64,000 nt of DNA, from contig NC_091995.1 in the NCBI RefSeq assembly GCF_044704955.1, positions 37,758,001-37,822,000 of the forward strand. Direction: 5' to 3'. The notes under the pieces were generated by a model. That model ran no database searches. It was not told the DNA's origin and saw only the letters and a program-made list of their open reading frames with translations. This stretch comes from Pristiophorus japonicus (taxonomy: Eukaryota). A program made the position numbers and the translations under genes. Below are positions 50,970 to 63,141 of the stretch, piece by piece; positions within the stretch are counted from its first letter, which is position 1; every line of letters starts with the position of its first letter.

Positions 50970-53900
50970 CCATTAGTAAAGGCAAAAAAGGTCCCGGACC
51001 TGATGGCCTGCATCCTAGGTTCATATCATTGCGAAAATGCTGGAATCCATTATTAAGCAAGTAGTGGCATGACATTTAGGAACACTTAATTCAATCAATA
51101 AGAGTCAGCATGCATTTTTTGAAAGGGAAATCATGTTTGACACATTTTCTGGAGTTCGGTGACAATGTAACAAGAAGGGTGGATAAAGGGGATCCAGTAG
51201 ATATAAGAACATAAGAATTAGGAACAGGAGTAGGCCATATAGCCCTTCGAGCCTGCTCCACCATTCAATAAGATCATGGCTGATCTGGTCGTGGACTCAG
51301 CTCCACTTACCCGCCCTCTCCCCATAACCCTTAATTCCCTTATTGCTTAAAAATCTATCTATCTGTGACTTGAATACATTCAATGAGCTAGCCTCAACTG
51401 CTTCCTTGGGCAGAGAATTCCACAGATTCACAACCCTCTGGGAGAAGAAATTCTTTCTCAACTCGGTTTTAAATTGGCTCCTCCGTATTTTGAGGCTGTG
51501 CCCCCTAGTTCTAGTCTCCCCCACCAATGGAAACAACCTCTCTGCCTCTATCTTGTCTATCCCTTTCATGATTTTAAATGTTTCTATAAGATCACCCCTC
51601 ATCCTTCTGAACTCCAAGGAGTAAAGACCCAGTCTACTCAATCTATCATCATAAGGTAACCCCCTCATTTCTCGAATCAGCCTAGTGAATTGTCTCTGTA
51701 CCCCTTCCAAAGCTAGTATATCCTTCCTTAAGTAAGGTGACCAAAACTGCACGCAGTATTCCAGGTGCGGCCTTACCAATACCTTATACAGTTGCAGCAA
51801 CACCTCCCTGCTTTTGTACTCCATCCCTTTCGCAATGAAGGCCAACATTCCATTTGCCTTCCTCATTACATGCTGCATCTGCAAACTAACCTTTTGGGAT
51901 TCATGCACAAGGACCCCCAGGTCCCTCTGCACCACAGCATGTTGTAATTTCTCCCCATTCAAATAATATTCTCTTTTACTGTTTTTTTTCCCCAAGGTGG
52001 ATGACCTCACACTTTCCGACATTGTATTCCATCTGCCAAACCTTAGCCCATTCGCTTAACCTATCCAAATCTTCTTGCAGCCTCTCTGAGTCCTCTACAC
52101 AACCCGCTTTCCCACTAATCTTAGTGTCATCTGCAAATTTTGTTGCACTACACTCTGTCCCCTCTTCTAGGTCATCTATGTATATTGTAAACAGTTGTGG
52201 TCCCAGTACTGATCCCTGTGGCACACCACTAACCACTGATTTCCAACCGGAAAAGGACCCATTTATCCCGACTCTCTGCTTTCTGTTCGCCAGCCAATTC
52301 TCTATCCATGCTAATACATTTCCTCTGACTCCGTGTACCTTTATCGACTGCAGTAACCTTTTGTGTGGCACCTTATCGAATGCCTTTTGGAAATCTAAAT
52401 ACACCACACCTATCGGTACACCTCTATCCACCATGCTCGTTATATCCTCAAAGAATTCCAGTAAGTTAGTTGAACATGATTTCCCTTTCATGAATCCATG
52501 CTGCGTCTGCTTGATTGTACTATTCCGATCCAGATGTCCCGCTACTTCTTCCTTAATGATAGTTTCAAGCATTTTCCCCACTACAGATGTTAAACTAACC
52601 GGCCTATAGTTACCTGCCTTTTGTCTGCCCCCTTTTTTAAACAGAGGCATTACACTAGCTGCTCTCCAATCCGCTGGTACCTCCCCAGAGTCCAGAGAAT
52701 TTTGGTAGATTATAACAAATGCATCTGCTATAACTTCCACCATCTCTTTTAATACCCTGGGATGCATTTCATCAGGACCAGGGGACTTGTCTACCTTCAG
52801 TCCCATTAGTCTGTCCAGCACTACATCCCTAGTGATAGTGATCATCTCAAGGTCCTCCCTTCCCACATTCCTATGACCAGCCATTATTGGCATGGTTTTT
52901 GTGTCTTCCACTGTGAAGACGGAAGCAAAAAAAATTTTTAAGGTCGCAGCCATTTCCACATTTCCATTATTAAATCCCCCTTTTCATCTTCTAAGGGACC
53001 AACATTTACTTTAGTCACTCTTTTCCGTTTTATATATCTGTAAAAGCTTTTACGATCTGTTTTTATGTTTTGCACAAGTTTACCTTCGTAATCTATCTTC
53101 CCTTTCTTTATTGCTTTTTTAGACATTCTTTGCTGTTGCTTAAAATTTTCCCAATCCTCTAGTTTTCCACTAACCTTGGCCACCTTATACGCATTGGTCT
53201 ATGATTTGATACTTTCCTTTATTTCCTTGGTTATCCACGGCTGGTTATCTCTTCTCTTGCCGCCCTTCTTTTTCACTGGAATATATTTTTGTTGCGCATT
53301 ATGAAAGAGCTCCTTAAAAGTCCTCCACTGTTCCTCAATTGTGCCACCATTTAGTCCTTGTTTGCAGTCTACTTTAGCCAACTCTGCCCTCATCCCACTG
53401 TAGTCCCCTTTGTTTAAGCATAGTACGCTCGTTTCTGATACAACTTCCTCATCCTCAATCTGTATTACAAATTCAACCATATTGTGATCACTCATTCCGA
53501 AAGGATCTTTTACGAGGAGAACGTTTATTTTTCCTGTCTCGTTACACAGGACCAGATCCAAAATGGCTTGCTCCCTTGTCGGCTCTGTTACATACTGTTC
53601 TAAGAAACAATCCCTTATGGATTCGATGAATTCCTCCTCCAGGCAACCCCCTACGATTTGATTTGACCAATCGATATGTAGGTTAAAATCCCCCATAACT
53701 ACTGCCGTTCATTTTTCACATGCCTCCATTATTGCCTTGATTATTGCCCGCCCCACTATGAAGTTATTATTTGGGGGCCTATAAACTACACCGACTATCT
53801 CTAATCCCCACCCACAATGATTCAACATTTTGTTCATTGAAGCCAAAATCATCCCTCACAACTGCCCTGATATCATCCTTTATTAACAGAGCTACCCCAC

Positions 53901-54950
53901 CTCCTTTCCCTTCTTGCCTATCTTTCTGAATCGTCAGAAACCCCTGTATATTTAATTCCCAGTCTTGGCCACCTTGCAACCATGTTTCTGTAATGGCCAC
54001 CAAATCATACCCATTTGTAATGATTTGTGCCATCAACTCATTTACTTTATTTCTAATGCTGCGTGCATTTAGGTAGAGTGTTTTCATCCTAGTTTTTAAA
54101 CCATGATTTTTAGTTTTTACCCCTCCTGCAGCCCTTTTATATTCAGTGTCGCTTTTTGTTTCTTGCCTTTGGATGTGTTTGGATTTCCTTAAAACATTAG
54201 AAAAGGTGCAACATAAAAGGGAACTGCACAAGATAAAAGCTCATGGGTTTGAGGGGAACATATTAGCATCGATAGAGGATTAGCTAATTAAAAGAAAACA
54301 GAGAGTTGTGATAATTTTCAGGTTGGCAAATTGTAACTAGTGGAATGCCAGAGGGATCGGTGCAGGGACCTCAACTATTTACAATCTATATTAATGACTT
54401 GTGTGAAGGGCCCGAACGTAGACAAATTTCCTGATTATTCAAATGAGAAAGCAAGTTGTGAGGAGTATGCAAAGAATCTGCAAAGGGATATAGATAGGGT
54501 AAGTGAGTGGGCAAAAATTTGACAGATGGATTATAATGTGAGAAAATGTGAGATTATCCACATTGGTCGGAAAAATAAAAAAGCAAATTATTGTTTAAAT
54601 GTGAGTGATTAGAAAATGCTGCTGTACAAAGGGATCTGGGGGTCGTTGTACTTGCAGCTCAAAAATTAAGCATGCAGGTAGAGCAAATAATTAGGAAAGC
54701 AAATGGTGTCTTGCCCTTTATTGCAAAGGCATTGGAGTATAAAGCTAAGTAAGTCTGTCTACAAATGTACATGGTGTTGGTAACACCAAACCTGGAGTAG
54801 TGTGTACAATATTTGTCGCCTAATATAAGGAGGTATATACTTGCATTGGAGGCAGTTCAGTGACAGTTCACGAGGTTTGTTTGTCATATGAGGAAAGATT
54901 GAATGGTTAGACCTACACTATTGGAGTTTCGAAGAATGAAAGGTGAAAAG
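50970..54950 (+). mobile_element. Old CR1 fragment (50970-51204 plus 54170-54950) split by a younger CR1
   Basis: RT sequence ...gggtggataaaggggatccagtagat breaks at 51204 and resumes with ggatgtgtttggatttcc at ~54170. Confidence 0.75.
51205..54165 (-). mobile_element. CR1 LINE, nearly complete ORF2 (APE plus RT), a few frameshifts
   Basis: Successive ORFs [62 protein letters not shown]; (ttcttatg)n tail. Confidence 0.95.
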
Positions 54951-56400
54951 AACATAAAAAACAAATAAATATGAGCAGGAGTAGGCCATTTGACCCCTTG
55001 AGCCTGCTCCGCCATTTAATAAGATCATGGCTGATCTGATCATGGACTCAGGTCCACATAACCCTTTATTCACTGATCGTTCAAAAATCTGTCGATGACA
55101 CAGCCTCCACAGCTCTCTGGGGCAGAGAATTCCATAGATCTACAACCCTCTGAGAGAAGAAATTCCTCCTCATCTCAGTTTAAAATAGGCAACCACTTAT
55201 TATGAGACTATGTCCACTAGTTTTAGTTTCCCCGAGGAGTGGAAATATCCTCTCTGCATCCACCTTATCGAGCCCCCTGATTATCTTACACGTCTCGATA
55301 AGATAACCTCTCATGCTTCTAAAATCCAATGAGTATAGGCACAACGTACTCAACCTATCTTCATAAGTCAACCCCCTCAACTCTGTTATCAACCAAGTAA
55401 CATTCTCTGATCAGCTTCCAATGCAAGTATATTCTTCCTTAAATATAGTGATCAAACCTGTACATAGTACTCCAGGTGTGGTCTCACCAATACCCTGTAG
55501 AGTTTTAGCAGGACTTCTCTGATTTTAAACTCAATCTCCCTTGCAATAAAGGCCAACATTCCATTTGCCTTCCTGATTACTTGGTGTATCTGCATACTAA
55601 CTGTTTTTGCTTCATGCACAAGGACCTCCTGGTCCCTCTGTAACTTGCAATTGTTCACCATTTAAATTATAATTTTCTATTGTTTCTGCGTCATATTTTG
55701 CCACATTATACTCCATCGGTCAATTGTTTGCCCACTATCGTGTCTATATTCCTTTACAAATTTTTTGTGTCCTCTTCACAATTTTGCTTCCCCACCCATC
55801 TTTGTATCTTCAGCAAATTTAGCTACATTACACTTGGTCCCTTCATCCAAGTCAATAATACATGTTGTAAATAGTTGAGGACCCAGCACCGATCCCTGCG
55901 GCACCCCACCACTTACTTTTTGCCAAACAGAAAATGACCCATTTATCCCGACTCTTTGTTTTGTTAGTTAGCCAATCTTCTATCGATGCTAATATATTAC
56001 CCTCAACCGTATGAATTTTTATCTTTTACAGTAAGCTTTTATGTGGCACCTTATCGAATGCCTTCTGGAAATCCAAATGCAACACATCCACTGGTTTCCC
56101 CTTATCCACCCTTCTCATTACATCCTCAAAGAACTTCAGTAAATTTGTCAAATATGATTTCCCTTTCACAAAACCATGCTAACTCTGCTTCATTGAATTA
56201 TGCCATTCCCAATGTCATGCTGCTGCTTTCTTAGTAATGGAGTCCACCATTTTCCCGAGGACAGATGTTTGGCTAAATGGTCTATCATTTGCTACGTTCT
56301 GTCCACCCCCTTTTTTTAAAGAGGCGTGTTACATTTGCGGTTTTCCAATCCGCTGGGATCTCCCCAGAATCCAGGGAATTTTGACAGATCACAACCAATG
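54945..56400 (-). mobile_element. Degenerate CR1 LINE fragment
   Basis: Minus-strand IRKANGMLAFIAR..RPHLEY and MRGYLIETCKII. Confidence 0.85.
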
Positions 56401-56780
56401 CATCCGGAATCACCACAGGTGGCAGACACTCACGTCAGCGTCCAACAACCAGAGCCCCAACTGCGACACTCCTCGGGGGAGCGTAGACCACCTGTAACAC
56501 TAAACCTAAGATCCCAATAAGACGTTGGGGTCTCATGTATGTAAATCACAATGTAACACCACTGTATTCCTGTAATACACTCAACCTAGATGCACACCTT
56601 GACCACAAGGGGTGAACTTGTGGGAGAAACTCTTTATATGATCACAAAGGTATAAAAAGGGAGGTCCCATGCAGGGTCATCGTCTTTGGAGTCCTGTGAA
56701 TAAAGAGTTAAGGTCACAGAGTGACCTTGTCCCCAGAATGTGCCTCGTGTGGGTTCATACTGTAGAATAAGTACATTACA
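56400..56780 (+). mobile_element. Gypsy 3' end plus LTR remnant
   Basis: PQLRHSSGERRPPVTLNL (typical Gypsy pol C-terminus), then an LTR-like segment with tataaaa, aataaa and a cattaca end. Confidence 0.65.
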
Positions 56781-57196
56781 CTGTGGAGGCTGTGTTATTG
56801 AAAATATTTAAGGTGACGGTAGATAGATTTTGAATGCTAAAGGAGTCAAAGCTTATGGGGAGCATGCGGGGAGGTGGATTTGAGGCCAGGATTGGTTCAG
56901 TCATTAACGTATTGAATGGCAGAGCAAGCTCGAGGAAACAAATGGTCTATTCCTGCTGCCTATTTCTCATGTTCTTACACCATTCTATCTTTCGCACTGC
57001 TGGCATCTTTTCCCAATATACATCCTGATGTCCACCTTAAAATACAAGCCTCCCACTAATAGTGGTTCTCCAGGGCCTGACTGTCGGGTTTCTCAGCTCA
57101 CCAACCTGATCCACAAGGAATCACATAAACACCAACCAATGTATTGGGTCTAATTGGATAGCTCTCTGGCAGAGCCGGCACAGGCACGATGGACCA

Positions 57197-57394
57197 TGTT
57201 ATGTATGTAAATATCACCAATGTGTAAGACTTGCAAGGAGTGGGCGCACCTGTGGGTTGCACACCCTGGGCAAGCCGATATAAAAGGCAGTCGACCATGC
57301 TGTTCCTTCACTCTGGAGTTACATTAAAGAGACCAAGTTCACAACAGTTTGAGCTTACAATATACAGACTTGTGGTGTTACTCTGAACATAACA
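57197..57394 (+). mobile_element. Solo LTR (Gypsy-type)
   Basis: Perfect 7-bp terminal inverted repeat tgttatg...cataaca, internal tataaaa and attaaa; same termini as the 23636 LTR. TSD not evident. Confidence 0.7.
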
Positions 57395-57565
57395 ATCTGA
57401 ATGTCCTCTTTCTGTGCTGTAAGATTCAATGATGGATATAAATAGGCAAAAAGGAGGCCTGCAACTGCAGATGGGATCCTCCTGCAAAATGCATTAGTAA
57501 CTATTTTAAGCATGAACAGTGTGAATCCGACTACTTTCTCCAGAGCTGCAGCAGGTCGATGATGG

Positions 57566-58190
57566 TGTTAGCGTAAGTGTTTTATCAGAAGAATCACTCA
57601 ACACTCAGAGTCAGTTCCAACGCCAATGCAGCCTTTATTAACGCCAGCGGGGGGAGGAAGCCTCAGGACTGGATCCAGGCACTTCACTCCGCAGAACTAA
57701 GGGTTTCATGGATCTTTATATGTTTTACAACAGTTTACTACAGTTACATACAACAGTTTACTACAGTTATATTAGACCAATAGATAGAGTTAGTCTCTAA
57801 ACGTAAAGTGGCTCATGTGTTGCCAAGAGATGTGTTGCTAAGAGATGTGTTGCGAGGAACGACTCATGTTCCAGGCCCCCCTTTATCTTACTGTCCTTGG
57901 GTGCTGTCTTTGGTAGCCTCCTTATCTTAATCCTGTTACAGAGTCGTATTGTCCTTACTTCCACCAGAACATTTAGTCCTGAGGCCTGGCTGATTAAAGA
58001 CACCTGCAGAATTTGCTTGTTATTCCTGTGTATGGGAAACAATAATTATCAGTTTCCAGGAATGCGATCTAATTCAGCTAACAGAAATCTGTTGAGGCTT
58101 CACTGGTAGCCATTTTATGATTCAAGTTACATATAGTTCTAACCTTATACTACAGGTGCCATTGCCCGAGGGTACCTAATGCCTGCAACA
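57566..58190 (-). repeat. 3' LTR
   Basis: Direct repeat of 63142-63782; minus-strand TATA-like catataaa (~57715-57722) and AATAAA (~57634-57639). Confidence 0.95.
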
Positions 58191-58203
58191 ATTCCCTCCT
58201 TTC
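58191..58203 (-). promoter_or_regulatory. Polypurine tract
   Basis: Minus strand gaaaggagggaat abutting the TG of the 3' LTR. Confidence 0.85.
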
Positions 58204-58327
58204 GGTAAGGGGACTAGTACTAATCCCCTTTAACCGACCGCCCTACACTTGTTAGTTTTTGTGCACGGCCCGGTACTCCCTGCCTCAACGTGCTGGCCAG
58301 TCACGCTGTTTCAGGAGTCCCGGTTGC

Positions 58328-60450
58328 TTAGATCAAATTGAAAAAGGTCAAATCCTCCTTCCCCTTTATTAGATAGGCTTGTTTAGTATTTGAGGACCGG
58401 TCATGGGTCCCTCTTCATAGTGCATGGTGCCTGCATGCCTGGCAGGCCATTATGCCCCATGTTATTGTATCCCGACCAGTATGTGTGAAATTATTTGAAT
58501 CCAAGAATGGATGTTCACATTTATTCCCCAGTCCCAGACCTTTCTCCACCAACTCTGACTTTGTAAGTCTATATCGATATCTTCTCCCAGTACTTTGATT
58601 TTAGTTTGCAGTTGGTGGTAGAGCTTTACGGATTGACCCACCCTGAGCCTCAATTCTCGTAATACTTCGGTTAGATGTGGGATAGGGACCTGATCTGGCT
58701 CGTCATAATCCTGCAAATGATCATGTAGCTGATGGGTTACCTCAATAACTTCGGGCTTCCGGCGCCTAACCTGGGTGATATGTGCTTGCCCGATCGTGAC
58801 AGGTCATAGTGGCGTAAAGCAAAAGTTCGGCTGTGGTATTGGGCACTGCAGGTCATTATACTGGTATGAACGCTCTGTGGCAGAGATGCAGTATCTTCCC
58901 TTCCCTCCATAGACTGCTCTCGCGAAGTGCCTGTGTGCGGGCACTATTTATAGTACACACCCATCGGTTTGATTTAAACCGCACTCGTCTAGCTCACCTT
59001 GGCCTACCGGGTGAGGGTATACTGTGATCTCCCCCCTTTGCTTGCAATCTGTTAGGGAAATCCCGGTAATATGTTGTTTCGACGAACGGCGGAGGTGGTG
59101 GTCAGATAAAACTCCATAGTTCATGTGATTTTCCCGTATTACTCCGATATTCTCTAGTTGGTACAGGGGGAATGGTCCTGAGTCTGGCGTGGTTATAGGG
59201 ATCATCAGGACTATCCCTATCCCAGTATTTCTTCTATCTGGCAGTCTGGAATTGCTGGGTGTACTCGGGTCAGTCCCTTCAGAGTACAGTTATCCAGAGT
59301 CCCCCTCTGGTTTGCCAACTGAGCCAAATGTGAACGGTCTATCCAATCGGGCACTTCCCCACGTTGGATCTGGTCGAGATTGTGGCGGATCTGTCCCACC
59401 ATCCACAGACCATAAGCGTGACAGAGTTGCCCCTGTCTTTGCTTTCCTGTATCTTCTTTTTCTCTATCAATGAGGTGATTAATGGTATTGACGTGAGCTT
59501 CCAGGACTGAGATGCCATCCAACTGGATTTCCGCACCCTCCTTTCTTAGGTTGGCTTGGTCTTCCTGGTTTTGCTCCACCCTCTCTAATAACCCCTTTAT
59601 CACTCCTCTAAGCTGTTCCACCCTCTCATTTAACACTTGTATATCTGTCGAGTTTACTACGGAATCCCTGTATTGAAAAGGGTAGCAATATCATTAACTA
59701 TTACCCTCTCTATCCTGGGGGCTGACCCCTGTCCTCGGAATCTACTGGCACCCATTGCATCGGCAACCTGCTGCATTACAACTTTACTTAATACATCGTA
59801 CATTTTCCTTGACTGTTCTGTACAGTATTCCGGCATCTGAATGCCTGAAATATTGATCAGGACAGGCACAATTTCATGTTTTACATTATCATATAATAAT
59901 TCCCCTTCGTTGTACATTACAATTCCATGTTCTGGTCCCTCAGTAGTTATGGGACAAGGCAGTTCCTCGGGCAATGTAGTGGTACTTATGGGGCGCGGTA
60001 TCGGAGGGGGTGGAAGTATACATACAATGATATTGCAGCCGCCCCCACCTCCTCGTAGTACCCACACAGCCCCACACCCTTTTTGCGGATGGCTGATTGC
60101 TGGGATTGTCCCGGAGGTGCGCAAATTATGCCGAAAGTACATTCATCGGGCCCTTTGACATCCCTCCGTTTAATGCAGCTGCTCCTTATACCCGTGGAGC
60201 ACTGTACACATACCCGGTTCTTATTAGGATTTACTTGTAACCATGCATTAAAATAATTCCTGTCCTTGCTCCAATCCTTGGCTGCTGGCATGCACATTCC
60301 ATCCGTTAAATTAAACAAGACTCCATAGTTCATGTAGTGGTTTATTTCCTGAGTGCGCTGCAATCCGTTGGTATCGTCCAGTATTTGCGTGGGTCTTGAG
60401 GTTCCCAGTATCATGAGTCCCCAGAGTCGGAGTCACCACTGCGGTCCCAT
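58328..60450 (-). pseudogene. env: Envelope glycoprotein (class I fusogen, F-protein-like), about 8 disablements
   Basis: Reassembled: signal-like LRLWGLMILG; Cys-rich N domain; Pro-rich hinge; degenerate cleavage site RIER; fusion peptide/HR1 VIVNDIATLFNTGI(S)VVNSTDIQVLNERVEQLRGVIKGLL; Cys-rich core; HR2 LYHQLQTKIKVLGEDIDIDL; WWRKVWDWG; TM IQIISHILVGIQ[fs]ITWGIMAC. Confidence 0.85.
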
Positions 60451-60577
60451 CTTGGTGAGTGTTTTATCTGAAAATTTTAAACAGATAGCCTGGTCGTCAC
60501 CAGGTGTTAGGTTCTGGTCTACTTGTGTCGTTGTCACTCTGTAGAATCGGAGGTAAGGATTAGGTTAACCATATTCT

Positions 60578-60730
60578 TTATAGTCGTACCATCTCTATCA
60601 CTTCATGTCCCTGTCTGGACTGCCGTCGGTTTTGCGTTTGGGCCTGCTGTGCTCGAGTCTGCACGATGACCCATCTAAGTATTATCCAAACTCCAATCAA
60701 CACCAATGCCACCATTATTCCTCCAAACAT
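60578..60730 (-). CDS. Putative 50-aa single-pass membrane accessory protein
   Basis: Manually translated open frame MFGGIMVALVLIGVWIILRWVIVQTRAQQAQTQNRRQSRQGHEVIEMVRL*, below the ORF-track cutoff. Confidence 0.45.
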   Translation of the reverse strand: MFGGIMVALVLIGVWIILRWVIVQTRAQQAQTQNRRQSRQGHEVIEMVRL

Positions 60731-63080
60731 CGTTGTCTGCTTTACCGTTAGGTTGGGTTTGTGGACTACACCTACCCATCGTGGAGTATATTGGCTCTAT
60801 TGCCATAAGTGATAGTGCTATGGCTGCGCACTGCACTATCCGTCAAGTCCCGTTTTTTTTAAACATCTCTTCCAGCCTTTTTATCTTAGCTTTTAACTCT
60901 TCAATTTGTTTTGTTTGAGTATCTATTTCTTTATTGTATCAGGCAAGTTTTATTACATAAGCTAGTTCTGTTTTTATTTTTGTTTCCTCTGTTAGGTGAG
61001 TCTATTTTTCTATTAAGAAATCCAAATTAATAATGTTCAGTATAAATAGCTGTCAATGGAAAGGGTTACTCCTTTCCAGGTTTGTAAGAAGACCTGATGT
61101 CATTACGTGACTTCACGTAATCATCTGAAAAAAAAGTCTTTGTGCCTTCAAAACTTGCTTTGAAATTAGGAATCCGTTAAACAGCATAAATCATTAGAGT
61201 AAACTCCAATGTTTTCTTAACTTCTAATTCAAGTACTTGCCAATTAATTTTTTTTTTAAATTGATTTAAAACGAGACCACACATACAATAGCAATTTTGT
61301 TTACTGAAATTCAATTATTTTTTTTTTTTATTTCTCTCTCAGCACAAAATCTAAACATCCTGCCAGTTCCATTTCCTATAAGAATTTAAAAATTCTCTAA
61401 TTCCCAGTTTTTTTTTCTTTCTGTGCTGAGCTCGCATAGCTTAGATTTTCTCCTCGTTATCTTCAAAATCCTCCTGCTTGTTTCGACTGTTCGGGACTTT
61501 TCTTGAAAAACACTGTCCATTTTGGAAATCTTTTCAAACTGCATTGAAACTTTCTCATAATTTAAAATCATTCGTTTACTTTCAAAGTGGCGTCTTTATC
61601 TTTTTCTTTTCTCCATAACTGGAATGGAGTCTAGCTTTGAGGGTTTGAGGGCTGCTTTTCGTTATCTCAAAATGCTCCAGTTTCAAAGTCGTTACTAAAG
61701 CTTGCTGTTTTTAACATTTTTCAAAAGTCCCTTTACACCTTCGCAGATAGCTCGCCACTCGCCCAGGAGTTTGACCTGATCAGATTTAATTTAATAATAA
61801 TTTTTTTTTAATCCACCTCAGTATTTTCTGTGCCTTCTCTGAATATCTCAAAATCCCAATTCAAACTTTGTAATTTCAATCTTTATTTAAAACCTTTTTT
61901 TTTTGTTTTGAGCTAGAAGCTTTCTTAAAAGGCATTCTTTATCTCATTCCGAGACTAAATTTATGTCTTTCCATCCAATGTAATCAATCATTGCATGTTT
62001 TCTTTCGACAAGTAAATTATTTTTTTTTAACCACCGGGACCATGTATTTTTTATCTTTTGCTCAACAAACCTATCCTTTGTATATTTCCTAGCTCCGTAA
62101 CTTATCATCCGAATAAATCCACACCTGTGTTTCTAACTTAAAATGTCTTAAAACTTCCCACATACAGGACAACACTACAAAGGGTTAGCTAAAATAAACA
62201 GACACTTGCATCCCTCTTCCAACCAGGCTTTCAGAAACATGACAACATAAAAATTCATTCCACAGTCACAAAGTCACACAGGGACTCTCACTCAACGACC
62301 AGACATTTACAAAAGTCTCTCTTCTTTCCTATTAATTGTTTTGGCCGGCTCTATTTTTGGATTCACGACCTTTCAGGGAATTCGTAGTTTTATCTAAATA
62401 ATTCCTCACATAACTTTTGTAGTGGACTACCGATATTGGTTTTTCCAGTCCTTCACCCACCATTCCCGTTGGGCTGCTGGCAGGTCCCACCCTGCTCTAA
62501 TCATTTTCTCAATTAGTTTATTTTGCTTTTCCGCCAGATGGCGGGTAAGGGACCCTTCTGATCCCCACTCGAGTTTACTACTTTATTGGCCATTTCTGGG
62601 TAGGACTAGAACCATTTCGAATCTACTCTCAGAGGTTTGCCTTTTACCTCGCACAACTTGTAGTAGACCGTCTCTGGGCTGCTGTCAGGTCACAAGTCTG
62701 CTGTTACACAAACTTATACAATTCTTAAAATGTGTTTTAGCAATTCCCGCAGTGCTCTACATATCCTTAACGGCTACCTACCACCGCTTTGTCTGTTGGT
62801 CCGACCCTGTTCATAGGTTTAGATTCCGCTGGTTGCTGTGCACTGCCTTGTCTCTGGGGTATTTCAAATCACACTACTGGGTCCAGAAGATGTCACTTGG
62901 TATCACAATCCCACGGTCTAAGTGTGTTCCCTACGCCTACTTGGTTCCTGGCCATCACGTGGGACAAAAGTCCTCTTAATTCAGGCTCAGGCTAGACGTT
63001 TGAGATATTAGACCGCCTCCTCATGTCGATCAACCGACTTCCACCTTCCGCACCCTTTATAATTAAAAATCGTTTTTTAT

Positions 63081-63088
63081 ACTCACCC
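63081..63088 (-). promoter_or_regulatory. Putative major splice donor of the LTR element
   Basis: Minus strand gg|gtgagt about 35 nt downstream of the PBS. Confidence 0.6.
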
Positions 63089-63121
63089 GTGTTTTTCCAA
63101 GGGCGTCCAGCGACTCCGGGA

Positions 63122-63140
63122 AATCCTGCCGACTACGCCA
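63122..63140 (-). promoter_or_regulatory. Primer-binding site, tRNA-Ser
   Basis: Minus strand TGGCGTAGTCGGCAGGATT, 1 nt after the LTR; complementary to the vertebrate tRNA-Ser 3' end (...AATCCTGCCGACTACG-CCA). Confidence 0.93.
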
Positions 63141-63141
63141 C

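Noticed and set aside
57797-58109. ORFs inside the LTRs (LATHLLATH repeats)
   Set aside because: Produced by the 15-bp tandem unit; duplicated only because the LTR is duplicated.
62422-62979. 185-aa antisense ORF in the leader of the env element (HBZ-like accessory gene?)
   Set aside because: GTG start, no recognisable motif or composition bias; cannot be supported without conservation across copies.
63122-63140. tRNA-Ser gene
   Set aside because: Only the 3'-terminal 19 nt including CCA are present, adjacent to an LTR; this is a PBS.
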